From: an uncultured Planctomycetota bacterium
Lineage (GTDB): Bacteria > Planctomycetota > Planctomycetia > Pirellulales > Lacipirellulaceae
DNA length: 64,000 nt
Direction: 5' to 3'
Assembly: GCA_963719315.1 (NCBI GenBank)
Contig: CAVRBU010000001.1
Location: 224,001-288,000, forward strand
Positions 31,168 to 40,782 of this stretch are shown one piece after another. Made by a program: the position numbers and the translations under genes. Each line of letters starts with the position of its first letter. Position 1 is the stretch's first letter. The notes under the pieces were generated by a model. It saw only the letters and a program-made list of their open reading frames with translations. It made no database searches and had not been told where the DNA came from.

Positions 31168-32736
31168 CTACGCCGCCCGGGCAGACGGTCGAGATTGGGC
31201 GGCCGAAAGCACTTCGTTGATGCTGTCCGGCATGATGATCCGCAGATAATCAAGCGCTTCACGGCCATTGTCGCTGGAGTGGATCACGTTGCAGTGCTGA
31301 TCCTTGTTGACGCCTTCGTTGAAGGTGTCTCGCAGATGCTCTTTGCACAACAAGCGGGCGTTGGCGATGAATGGGAAACGTTTCCTTTGTTTACGCGTGG
31401 GATTGATTGGCGACGGATCGTAGGCCACGATCGCCGCTACGGCCGGTCCGCCCGAGATCGGCCAAGGGCCGCGGCCCCAATTGCCGCCGCGCAGGCTGCG
31501 GGCAAGTGTTGCGACGCGATGTTCCTCAAACGAGGAAGTCAACAATATCCGAAAGCCGTACTTTTCAATCAGTTGAGCGGCACGTTTTACGCCGCCGCGG
31601 CGAAGGGCTTCCTCGCGCACCAGGAAAACCGCGACTCGGTCGTCGATGGTACCGCCGTCGTCGCTCCGGCGAAGGAGCGAACGCACCCAGCGATTGCGCC
31701 GCGACAAACGAATCAGCATATCGTGCGGTGGCCGCCAGCCCTGCGAATCGAGATACTCGTCGAGCCCTTGCAGCGTGATTGGTACTTCGAGCTTCAAGCT
31801 GAGGGCCATTCGCCGGAGCAGCGCTGAATAGTCGTGCCCAGCCCGCAAACGGTTAGGACGCGACTTGTTGGCTGCCGGAATTCCCGAATCGAACCCTTTG
31901 TGGTAAAGGGCATGATACGCGAGACTCAAAAAATGTTCGCGTGCCGCCGGCACCGAGTAAAGGTCGTTGTGAATGATTGCTCGCTGTAGCAACTGTTCAG
32001 CCAAGTAAGGTGGGTAGTACGGCATGCTGCGGAAGTCAGCGCCCGGCAAACCTGTCACGGAATACAAATCAATCGGTTGAATGCCGGGGCCTTCGTCGAG
32101 TAATGCGCGAACTTGCTCGAGTGCGGCATCATCCACCAGCAAATCGAGGTCTTCGCCCGCCGGCAAAAGTGGAAGGTCTTCAAACCAACGAAGTACGGCG
32201 TGCCTGATACCCGCGCTCTGCAACCGTTGAGCGAACCCCGCAATCCCAAATCGATGCGGTATGTATCGTCTCACGCCACATTGCGGCAGCGGATTGCGAA
32301 TGCGAAACGCGAGGAGCCAGGGACCCGCGCCGCTTAGGCCGCAATTAACAACGCGCGGCCAGGCAAAGCGATAGAACAAGCACTGCAAGGTCGCCAATAG
32401 CACTGCGATCCAGCAGAGTGGTGTCGCCTTGAGCTTCAGGGCGACGTACTGCGCGTGCCGCACCAATCGAAAGCGGCCTGCGGCCAAGACGGCCCAACCA
32501 TCGAGCACCAGTACGTCGGCATTGTTTTGGCGAATGCCGTTGCGCAACAGAGCCACGACGGCACGCGGCCCCAACCCTGACCAACGCTCAGCGATTGAAT
32601 CACGTCGTCGTTTGGTCGCCGTTACCGCCAGGTAATTGCGAAAACCGGCCGCGACCAATCGCTGGCCGATCGCGCCACACGCTGCGCCCACTTCGATGAT
32701 CCGCGCGCGCTGGGGCCAAAGTTCGGTCGGTCGCAT
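31168..32736 (-). CDS. Multidomain protein: nucleotidyltransferase-like domain plus C-terminal NDK-like domain
   Basis: VLRW..LP...GEDLDLLVDD; C-terminal VFLVREEA...IEKYGFRIL...GGPAVA...NVIHSSDN. Confidence 0.6.
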   Translation of the reverse strand: MRPTELWPQRARIIEVGAACGAIGQRLVAAGFRNYLAVTATKRRRDSIAERWSGLGPRAVVALLRNGIRQNNADVLVLDGWAVLAAGRFRLVRHAQYVALKLKATPLCWIAVLLATLQCLFYRFAWPRVVNCGLSGAGPWLLAFRIRNPLPQCGVRRYIPHRFGIAGFAQRLQSAGIRHAVLRWFEDLPLLPAGEDLDLLVDDAALEQVRALLDEGPGIQPIDLYSVTGLPGADFRSMPYYPPYLAEQLLQRAIIHNDLYSVPAAREHFLSLAYHALYHKGFDSGIPAANKSRPNRLRAGHDYSALLRRMALSLKLEVPITLQGLDEYLDSQGWRPPHDMLIRLSRRNRWVRSLLRRSDDGGTIDDRVAVFLVREEALRRGGVKRAAQLIEKYGFRILLTSSFEEHRVATLARSLRGGNWGRGPWPISGGPAVAAIVAYDPSPINPTRKQRKRFPFIANARLLCKEHLRDTFNEGVNKDQHCNVIHSSDNGREALDYLRIIMPDSINEVLSAAQSRPSARAA

Positions 32737-32738
32737 GG

Positions 32739-33635
32739 TCAGGCTGCTCGTCGGCGTTGCTTTTGTACGGCGTCGTGTTCGGCGGCCTGCGTTTGCTCAT
32801 TCGCGAACGCCAGGATCGGCTGCTCGTCGAATTCCGTCGCGAGTTCAGCCTCCGGATCGGGTTGCTGCACCGCGTAGTGCAGTTCCCACAGCTTGGCTTG
32901 CTTGAGGAACGCATAATAGGCCGTGTGCATGCAAATGTGAAAGCCCGGAATGCCGTCCAGAAAGCCCAGGCGGAGGAAGTACAGTTGCAAGAAGCGTAGC
33001 GGCGCTCGTGTCGCCATTGCCAGCAGGCTCGGCTTCTTGCCAGCATCGCGCATATTCAACGCGCCCCAGCCAGCGTAGCGATTCATTTTGAATAGGTACT
33101 GGTCTGATTCCCAGGTCGTGTAATGCAACATTGGCTGCTTGAGCGTATCGAGGCGGCTCGACGGCAGATCCACTTCCGCATGCACCCAACGAGTCTCGTA
33201 GCGGCACTCGCGACGGAACAGTCGAATCACTGCATCGCTATTCCAACCGCAGTGCTTGATGCGGTAACCCAAGTAGTGGTTTGCGCGATCGATCCAATAA
33301 CCGTCCGTATCGGCGGGCGGTGCTGCGAGCAGCTCCCGAATTTCGGCTGCGAGCTCCGGCGTTACCCGTTCGTCGGCATCGACGACCAGCACCCACTCGT
33401 GTTGGCACTGCGGAATTGCCCAGTTTTTGAAGTTTGCCGAGTTAATGTATTCGCGTTCGATGATTCGGCAGCCGCCGATATCGCGGACGATGTCGAGCGT
33501 GCCATCGGTCGAACCCGAGTCGGCAATTAGAATCTCGTCAGCGAGTGCTTGCACCGACTCGATGCAGGCGCGAATGTTGCGCCGCTCATTCTTACATGGA
33601 ATGAGCACGGAGAGTTTTGCTGTCACGGTGGACAC
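32739..33635 (-). CDS. Glycosyltransferase family 2 (WaaE/KdtX-like)
   Basis: IPCKNE, DSGSTDGT, VDADE, VHAEV, GFLDG. Confidence 0.9.
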   Translation of the reverse strand: MSTVTAKLSVLIPCKNERRNIRACIESVQALADEILIADSGSTDGTLDIVRDIGGCRIIEREYINSANFKNWAIPQCQHEWVLVVDADERVTPELAAEIRELLAAPPADTDGYWIDRANHYLGYRIKHCGWNSDAVIRLFRRECRYETRWVHAEVDLPSSRLDTLKQPMLHYTTWESDQYLFKMNRYAGWGALNMRDAGKKPSLLAMATRAPLRFLQLYFLRLGFLDGIPGFHICMHTAYYAFLKQAKLWELHYAVQQPDPEAELATEFDEQPILAFANEQTQAAEHDAVQKQRRRAA

Positions 33636-33802
33636 CTGCGTAGCCGGAGAAGAGTGGGGGTAGAAGAGTACGAGCGCACGAAGGCGTCGCGGACTCTGTT
33701 ATCGGCAACGCAAGTGGAAAACTTTAATCAAAAATCGGCGCGGCGACGAGAATTCCCAAAAATAGCAGCGACAGCTTGCAGCCATTGCCGGTGCGCAATG
33801 GA

Positions 33803-34771
33803 TCATGTGCCGGCGAACTCGCGATAAACTTCTTCAATGCGTTGGACGTTTGTCTCGCCTTTGTGGAGCCATACGCGATATTTAAGCGTCAGCGAGTCTC
33901 CTTTTTTGATCGTGACAAGGCCTTGTTCGGCCGATTCGGAGCGGGGGAAATCTTTCTGTCCGAATGGGTTGGCCGCGAACAGGCCGTAGGTTCGCACATG
34001 CCACCGCGGCGTCGGACGAAAGCTGTGCGGGTGACTCATCACAGTGATCCCGACGATCTCGCCGGCGATCGGCCCCGTGTAATCGACCCACCTTGCTGGC
34101 TGGCCCCAGGCGGCTTCATTTTCTTGCTGTTCGTTGTTCACGATTCGACCGCCAGTTTTGGCGTCTACGCGCATCGAATCGGCAACGCGCAACGCGAATG
34201 AGCCTTCCTTCGTGTCGCCGAACGTGACGTCGGCATCGGGCGCTTTGATCGTGATCTCAAAATCGATCCAGCGGCTGCCATCCGGCTCACTGCCGAATGT
34301 AAGGGTCCGCTCGTCCTCGCACAATCGCTTGCCGCCGTTCATCCAGTCGTTGCGAGTTACGATCTGGGCCGTTGCGCTTTCGCTCGCTGTTTTGACAAAA
34401 TTCCGGTGGGCAATGTGCGGGCCACTTTCGCCTTTGTCGTCGTTTTTGTTTGAGCCCCAGAAATCAACGCCGTTCACTTCGCCGTGCGTCATCCAAAAAG
34501 ATTGGTGATGCGGATGGTCTTTTGTCCCATCCTTGAGCGGCGGCGTGAACGGATAGCCGCGCGTGACCGGCTTGCCGGTCGGCCCGATCACAGGATACAG
34601 GGCCGGGCCGTGTCCCGCCTTCGTAAGATATTCCGTAAACAATTGGCCGTCGATTTTCACGACCGCGCCGCCTTCGCTCCGTTCGACGGTAACTTCCGCG
34701 CGTGCAACAACCGAGGCAGGCAACAGTAAGGACGTAGCGCAAAGCGTGATTAATTTGGAGCACATTGGCAT
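33803..34771 (-). CDS. Secreted PmoA-like DUF protein (not methane monooxygenase)
   Basis: Signal peptide; YPVIGP, DHPHHQSFW, FGDTKEG, WHVRTYGLFAANPFG. Confidence 0.8.
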   Translation of the reverse strand: MPMCSKLITLCATSLLLPASVVARAEVTVERSEGGAVVKIDGQLFTEYLTKAGHGPALYPVIGPTGKPVTRGYPFTPPLKDGTKDHPHHQSFWMTHGEVNGVDFWGSNKNDDKGESGPHIAHRNFVKTASESATAQIVTRNDWMNGGKRLCEDERTLTFGSEPDGSRWIDFEITIKAPDADVTFGDTKEGSFALRVADSMRVDAKTGGRIVNNEQQENEAAWGQPARWVDYTGPIAGEIVGITVMSHPHSFRPTPRWHVRTYGLFAANPFGQKDFPRSESAEQGLVTIKKGDSLTLKYRVWLHKGETNVQRIEEVYREFAGT

Positions 34772-34852
34772 CAATTAAAACCAAGACGACACAGCGAACG
34801 CGACGTTAAGGCATTTGTCGTGCCCAGCGTGTTGTCTCGACAAACCTTCGTG

Positions 34853-36308
34853 TTAGGCAATTTCCGGAGTAATGAATGGCTCCCGGTCCACTCGCCGGAG
34901 CATCTCGTTGGCGGCGGAGTTGTTGGTGAATTGCTCCTTCGCCGGGTCCATTTCGAGTACGGCACCGACCACGACCACCGGCTTGTCGATATCCACTTCG
35001 TTCGCCCGCAGATGGGCGAACATCCGTTCCAGTGAATCCTGCAGGCGCTCGTTCTTAGCAACCGATTTCAAGATTTCGTCGGCCGGCTGCGGCTCGCCTA
35101 GCTGATGCGAAATATTGCCCGTATGGCACAAGGCGCTGGAGAGGTGACCTTCGAGTACGTCGGCGTGCAGGTCGCTGCGCTTGCGCGAGCGAACCGCATC
35201 CAAGAAATTCTCGAAGTGGTTGCCGTCGCCGTGCCAAGTCTTGATTTCTTCGCCATCGGGCCCGAACGCCCGCGTGGTACCGTAGCCATCCGTCGAGGCA
35301 ACCGAGCCATGCTCGCACTGCACGATGACGCCGATTTGGGAGCCGCGGAAATTGTCCATATTCTGTTCCCAGGTGGATTTGTCCTTCTCGGCAGCTTTCG
35401 ACTTGGGCAAACCGCGCGTTTCGAAAATGATGCGGCGCCTTTGCGTAGTCGTGGAGTACGACTTGCGTGTTGGCCGTATTGCCGGCGTCATCGTAGCCGA
35501 GCCGGCCGCCGAAGCTCATGATCCGCGGCGACAGCGCCTTTTCGCCCAGGAACCAGCGGGCGATATCCATCTGGTGGATGCCTTGGTTGCCCATGTCGCC
35601 GCAGCCGGTGTTGTAGTCCCAATGCCAATCGTAGTGCAGTTTTGGCCGATAAAGATCGACCTTAGCCGCAGGGCCGCACCAGAGTTCGTAATCGACCTCT
35701 TTTGGAATCACCAGCGGTTTGTCGAGCTTACCGATCCCCATCCGCGGCTTGTAGCAGGTGCCGACGACGTACAGAATCTTCCCGAGTTGGCCGCTATGAA
35801 CGTATTCAACCGCTTCGCGCAGCGACTTGTGCGACCGCGCTTGCGTACCACATTGGATGATTCGATTGTAGTGATCGGAAGCGTTCGCAAGTTGCCGGCC
35901 TTCCCACACGCCGTGGCTGACCGGCTTCTCGCAGTACACGTCTTTGCCGGATTGGGCGGCCAAGATGCCGATAAGCGAATGGGTGTGATTCGGCGTGGCG
36001 ATCGAAATCGCGTCGATATCTTTGCGATCGAGTAGTCGGCGAAAATCGGAAATCTGATCGAGCTTGCGGCCATATCTCTTGTCGAACGACTCGGCCGCTT
36101 TGCCCAACACGCGGGAATCGCAATCGCACAGCGCGACGAGATGGTCTTTGAATCCATCGATGTGGGCTGTACCGCGGCCGTTGAAGCCCACGACCGCCAT
36201 TCGAATCTTGCTGTTGACATCGGCCCGCGCGAATCTCGGCACTGCCGCACATGCGGCAGCGGCTCCGACCGCTTGTTGCAAAAACACGCGACGCGATTGC
36301 TTGCTCAT
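34853..36308 (-). CDS. Tat-exported Gfo/Idh/MocA oxidoreductase, apparent frameshift near 35432
   Basis: SRRVFL signal, GFNGRG, YCEKP, GDMGNQGIHQMD; C-terminal HFENFLDAVRSR...CHTGNIS in the frame of ORF 34853..35491. Confidence 0.88.
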
Positions 36309-36447
36309 GGAATACTCCTGCCCGGGATGGTTTCAACGTACCCCGGCATTATAACATCGTTTTGCGTCCGTAGAAGCCTTCGTTCTGGGTCGTTGGGTCG
36401 GTCGTCGGAGAGCCAAGTCCAACCGTGTCCGAGAAGCCGCCGCGCTC

Positions 36448-37746
36448 TTATTCTACAGGTAATTGGCGATCGCTATCCGGTTTCGTAATGAGCCGTGCCG
36501 ATCGATCGAATGTGATGTAATTCCAACCCCATTGAACCAGCACCAGCAGTCGATTTCGGAAGCCGACCAGATTCAATAAGTGAATCAAGAGCCACAAAAT
36601 CCAGGCCAGAAAGCCGCTCACGTGCAATTTGCCGAATTCGGCCACCGCGGCCGAGCGGCCAATCGTGGCCAGATTGCCGAGATTGCGGTAGTGGAATGTC
36701 GGCAGGGGTCGGCCTCGAAGTCTCGCGTCAATTAGCTTTGCAACGAAGCGGCCTTGTTGAATCGCGACCGGGGCGACGCCAGGTAGAGGTTTGCCGCCCT
36801 GGTGCGAGTAGTTGGCCATATCGCCCAATGCGAAGATCTCAGAGTGGCCCGGCAAAGACATATCGGCTTCAACAACGATGCGGCCCCCGCGGTCGAGCGT
36901 CGCCCCAGTAGCCGCGGCCAGTGCTGAGGCGAGCGGCGAAGCGGAGACGCCGGCGGCCCAAATGATCGTGTGCGTTGCGAGACGTTCTTGCGCTCCGCCA
37001 AAGTTGACGAGCACGTGATCGGCCGCTACGTCGGCGACCATAGTCTTCGTGCGGACCACCACGCCTAGTCGTTCGAGCGAGCGCTGCGCCTTTTCCGACA
37101 AGTCGGGCGGATAGGCCGCGAGGATGCGCTCACCCGCCTCAACGAGGATGATTTGCGCTTCGGACGGATCGATCCGCCGGAATTCGCGTTTGAGCGTGTG
37201 TCGGGCGATCTCGGCCATCGTGCCGGCTAATTCCACGCCCGTCGGCCCGCCGCCCACGATTACGAATGTGAGCAACCGCCGGCGGCACTCTACCTCCGCC
37301 TCGCGTTCAGCTTGCTCGAACGCTGTCAGCAAGCGGGCGCGAATGTGCGTGGCGTCTTCGATTGTTTTCAAGCCGGGCGCGTATTTTTCCCACTCGGGGT
37401 GGCCGAAATAATTGTCGCGCGCGCCAGCGGCCACGATCAGCGAATCGTAGGCGAGCTGCGAGCCATTGAATTGGACGAAGCGATTCGCCACGTCGAAGCC
37501 GCGCACGTCGCCCAGCAGCACTTCGCAATTCTGCTGTCGTTCAACGATCGAACGCAAAGGCGCGGCGATATTGGCGGGCGACAATCCGCCGGTCGCCACT
37601 TGATACAGCAGCGGCTGAAACAAGTGAAAGTTGCGGCGATCGATGAGTGCAACATTTACCGGAGCACGTCGCAGAGCGCGGACCGCGTTCAAGCCGGCGA
37701 ACCCGCCGCCAACGACTACGACGCGATGGCTTGGGAGCTCAGGCAT
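36448..37746 (-). CDS. ndh: Type II NADH dehydrogenase-like FAD oxidoreductase
   Basis: GGGFAG, FQPLLYQVATG, GGGPTGVELAG, GNLATIGR, GFRNR. Confidence 0.9.
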   Translation of the reverse strand: MPELPSHRVVVVGGGFAGLNAVRALRRAPVNVALIDRRNFHLFQPLLYQVATGGLSPANIAAPLRSIVERQQNCEVLLGDVRGFDVANRFVQFNGSQLAYDSLIVAAGARDNYFGHPEWEKYAPGLKTIEDATHIRARLLTAFEQAEREAEVECRRRLLTFVIVGGGPTGVELAGTMAEIARHTLKREFRRIDPSEAQIILVEAGERILAAYPPDLSEKAQRSLERLGVVVRTKTMVADVAADHVLVNFGGAQERLATHTIIWAAGVSASPLASALAAATGATLDRGGRIVVEADMSLPGHSEIFALGDMANYSHQGGKPLPGVAPVAIQQGRFVAKLIDARLRGRPLPTFHYRNLGNLATIGRSAAVAEFGKLHVSGFLAWILWLLIHLLNLVGFRNRLLVLVQWGWNYITFDRSARLITKPDSDRQLPVE

Positions 37747-37791
37747 TTGAATTTTACTCCCCGCTCCTTGCTCCGAGCGCTGCCTGCCATG

Positions 37792-39141
37792 TCACTCCGG
37801 CAACGGTTTGTCCTTGGTCTCCGGTGCAAACGGCAGCGTCAGCAACCCAACCAAGAAGATGCTACACATCGCCATTGCCGCGTAGCGCTCTTTCAGAGGC
37901 GAGCCGAAATCGCCAAACGCCTGCGTCGCGAGCGCCGCCGAGAAGAAACTGCCGCCAGCCGCCGCAAAGCGGCCCAAGTTGTAGCAGAACGACGTGCCGG
38001 TGCTGCGCAACCGACTGGGAAAGAGTTCCGGGAGATAGATCGCGAAACCGGCAAACACCGATAGTTGCGCTGCGCTCATCACGGGCATCATCCAGTAGGC
38101 ATCGGCGGGCGACTCCATTTTCCAATAGACATACAACGTGCTGACGAGCGCCGCCGTGAAGCCGATGGCAAAAGCGGCGCGGCGTCCGATTGCGATAGCC
38201 AATTTGGTGAAAATCCACATGCCGACGCCGGCCCCAACCATTTGCAACACATACGCCCAAGTCCGGGCTTTTTCGACGGCAGCAGGAATCTTTTCGGCCG
38301 GCATATTCTGTTGCTCGAAATGCTGAGTAAACACAATTCTTTGCAGGTCGGTGAGGTATTCGCCGATCGCCCACAGGCCTATCACCCCCGTTGAGGCAAT
38401 TAACGCGCCAACGACCAGATTCCGGCGCCATTGCGGGTCCGAAACCAGTGACACGTAGGGCGCGAGAATCGCGCCTTTAGGGAGTCGGCCCTCTGATTTG
38501 AGTTTTAACCAAGGCTCCGGCTCGCGCAGATATTTCATCGTGAATACGATCATGAGGGCGGGCAAAGCACCTACGAGAAACATCCAGCGCCAGCCATCGC
38601 CGGCTTCAATGACCTTACTGTTTTCCAGATTATCGATTAGTAGCTTGAAGCCGCCGGCGGCAAGATTGCCGACGGTGGACAAGATTTGCAGCATGCCCAG
38701 TGCTCCGGCTCGGGCCGTGCCGGGAAGTGTCTCGGCGATCAGGGCCACAGCCAATCCAAAAACGCCGCCGACGCCCAAGCCAGTGAGAAACCGATACGCC
38801 GCAAAACTCTGGTACGATTGGCTGAAAAAAGTAAGCCCCGTGCATGCCGAGTAAATTAACACAGAAATCGACAGCATCCTTGCGCGGCCAAACCGATCGC
38901 CGAGCGGTCCAAAAATGATTCCTCCCACGCCCCAACCGATCAGGAACAGCGCAGTGACGATTTTTCCGGTCTCTTGCGCGTCGGATCCAGCCGGCATCAA
39001 TTCCTTCAGCGCTGGATTGCGCGCGAGCGAAAACAAGCGTTGGTCTAAGCAATCGAACAGCCACGCCGCGCTGGCGACGAGAAATACGAACCAATGGTAG
39101 CTGGTCAGTTCGTGCGTCCAGCGGTAGGTTTCTTTGGCCAT
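37792..39141 (-). CDS. MFS transporter
   Basis: GPLGDRFGR motif A, PELFPSRLRSTG, PETK. Confidence 0.92.
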   Translation of the reverse strand: MAKETYRWTHELTSYHWFVFLVASAAWLFDCLDQRLFSLARNPALKELMPAGSDAQETGKIVTALFLIGWGVGGIIFGPLGDRFGRARMLSISVLIYSACTGLTFFSQSYQSFAAYRFLTGLGVGGVFGLAVALIAETLPGTARAGALGMLQILSTVGNLAAGGFKLLIDNLENSKVIEAGDGWRWMFLVGALPALMIVFTMKYLREPEPWLKLKSEGRLPKGAILAPYVSLVSDPQWRRNLVVGALIASTGVIGLWAIGEYLTDLQRIVFTQHFEQQNMPAEKIPAAVEKARTWAYVLQMVGAGVGMWIFTKLAIAIGRRAAFAIGFTAALVSTLYVYWKMESPADAYWMMPVMSAAQLSVFAGFAIYLPELFPSRLRSTGTSFCYNLGRFAAAGGSFFSAALATQAFGDFGSPLKERYAAMAMCSIFLVGLLTLPFAPETKDKPLPE

Positions 39142-39154
39142 GTCGTGTGAGCTT

Positions 39155-40588
39155 TCATTCCGGAAGTTCGTCGTGCTGCGGTTCCGGAAGCCAGAAGGAG
39201 AGAATGATGTTGCCGAGGTAGACCGCCGTGCCGACTGCCAACGCCGCGGCTGCCATTTTTGTCGCGTCGGCGACTGGGGCCGGCGACGAATCCGTGTTTA
39301 CCGGCATAATGAGCGCGAGTTGGGTCGTCACCATAGCGAACGAAGTGCCGAGCATGCGTCCGCCGATATTCGCTGCAAAGCTTTCGCCCGTGCCCCGCAA
39401 ATGCAACGGATACACGCGCGGTAAATAGTTGCCCCAGAAGCTGAATTGCGCCACGGTGAACAGACCGACGAAGAACATCCCCAATTGCAGCATTGCCACA
39501 TTCTGATGGACGGCGTAACCAAATACGATCGGCAAGATTATTAGCCCCGGGAACAGAAATGAGCGAATCAACCACCGCCGGCTGACGATGACGGTCACGA
39601 GGAGGGCCAGCACGAGCCGACCCAGGAGGCCGCCCCATTCCTGTGTTTTGGTGACTTGCGCGGCGGTCGATTGCACGATTTCGCCCGTTCGCTTCGCAAC
39701 AGCGGGCTTTTCGAGACCTTTCGTTTCGGCGATCACGCGGGTCCGCACATTCGGCACGGCCGGAATGATTTGTGGAATCTGCTGAATGGCGCCGAACGCC
39801 GCGCCGTAGCTGCACGCGAACATCAGTGTCGTCACGATCGTGGTTCGACGGAGATCGGGGGCGAACAATTCGCCGAAACTGGGCCGCTTGAGCGTTCCCG
39901 TCATCCGCTTCGCTTGCCACGTGGGAGATTCCGGCAGAAATGGCCGAATCACCGCCAGCGGCAAGGCTGGAATTAGGCCGGACATTAACGTATACCGCCA
40001 CGCGGCGTGCGAATCACCGATTTTGCCGAGCGACGCTAGCCACTCGGGGATGACGATGGCCGGCAGCGAGATCGCATGCTTGATCAACCAATAGTTGACG
40101 AACGCCACCAGAATACCGCCAAACGACGAGAAGAATTGCGTGTAACCCAAAACGCGCTCCCGCTGTCGGGGCTCGGGAAACAATTCCGCAAGCCACGCTA
40201 CTGCAGCGACGAATTCCACGCACACGCCGATGAACGTGGTGCAGCGGAAGAAGAGCAGCATCCAGATCGATGTCGAAAAGCCGGCGGCGAACGCGGAGAC
40301 CGCGTACAGAAAAATGCTCCACGTGAGTACCCGCCGTCGGCCGAGGCGATCGGTTAAATAACCGCCCAACAACCCGAAAATGCCACCGGCAAACGCCGGG
40401 ATGAAAAACAGCAGCCCGCGCCATAGATTGAACGTCGGTGTGTTGGGCGGTGCGTTAAGCAACTCCATCAGTGCCGGTCGCAAAACAAGCGGCAGCATCA
40501 ACAATTCGTAAGTATCAAATGCAAATCCGATCGCGGCGATGACGCAGATCGTCCATTGAATGGGCGTCAGTCGTTGAGAATTCGCCAT
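39155..40588 (-). CDS. MFS transporter
   Basis: GYLTDRLGRR motif A, PESP, YPLHLRGTG. Confidence 0.92.
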   Translation of the reverse strand: MANSQRLTPIQWTICVIAAIGFAFDTYELLMLPLVLRPALMELLNAPPNTPTFNLWRGLLFFIPAFAGGIFGLLGGYLTDRLGRRRVLTWSIFLYAVSAFAAGFSTSIWMLLFFRCTTFIGVCVEFVAAVAWLAELFPEPRQRERVLGYTQFFSSFGGILVAFVNYWLIKHAISLPAIVIPEWLASLGKIGDSHAAWRYTLMSGLIPALPLAVIRPFLPESPTWQAKRMTGTLKRPSFGELFAPDLRRTTIVTTLMFACSYGAAFGAIQQIPQIIPAVPNVRTRVIAETKGLEKPAVAKRTGEIVQSTAAQVTKTQEWGGLLGRLVLALLVTVIVSRRWLIRSFLFPGLIILPIVFGYAVHQNVAMLQLGMFFVGLFTVAQFSFWGNYLPRVYPLHLRGTGESFAANIGGRMLGTSFAMVTTQLALIMPVNTDSSPAPVADATKMAAAALAVGTAVYLGNIILSFWLPEPQHDELPE

Positions 40589-40694
40589 GGATCGCCTGCT
40601 GAACTGCGATTGATGAGCTGCCGAAGTGAAATATGCGAGCGGGCATTCTAGCAGAGGCCGTGCCCCTCGCGTAGGGTGACAGCCTTCAATGCTG

Positions 40695-40778
40695 GGTGGC
40701 ATGCTCTCGCCGCGGCGGCGGGTGAGCATGTGGATAGAGGAACACGTTCATGCTTACGCCGCGGCGGCGAAGGCATGC
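40695..40778. repeat. REP-like palindromic doublet
   Basis: GGTGGCATGCTCTCGCCGCGGCGGCGGGTGAGCATG ... CATGCTTACGCCGCGGCGGCGAAGGCATG, two similar hairpin units. Confidence 0.65.
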
Positions 40779-40782
40779 GGCG

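Noticed and set aside
33803..34771. PmoA-family label suggesting methane oxidation
   Set aside because: Soluble secreted beta-rich protein with no pmoB/pmoC nearby; it does not resemble the membrane pMMO subunit
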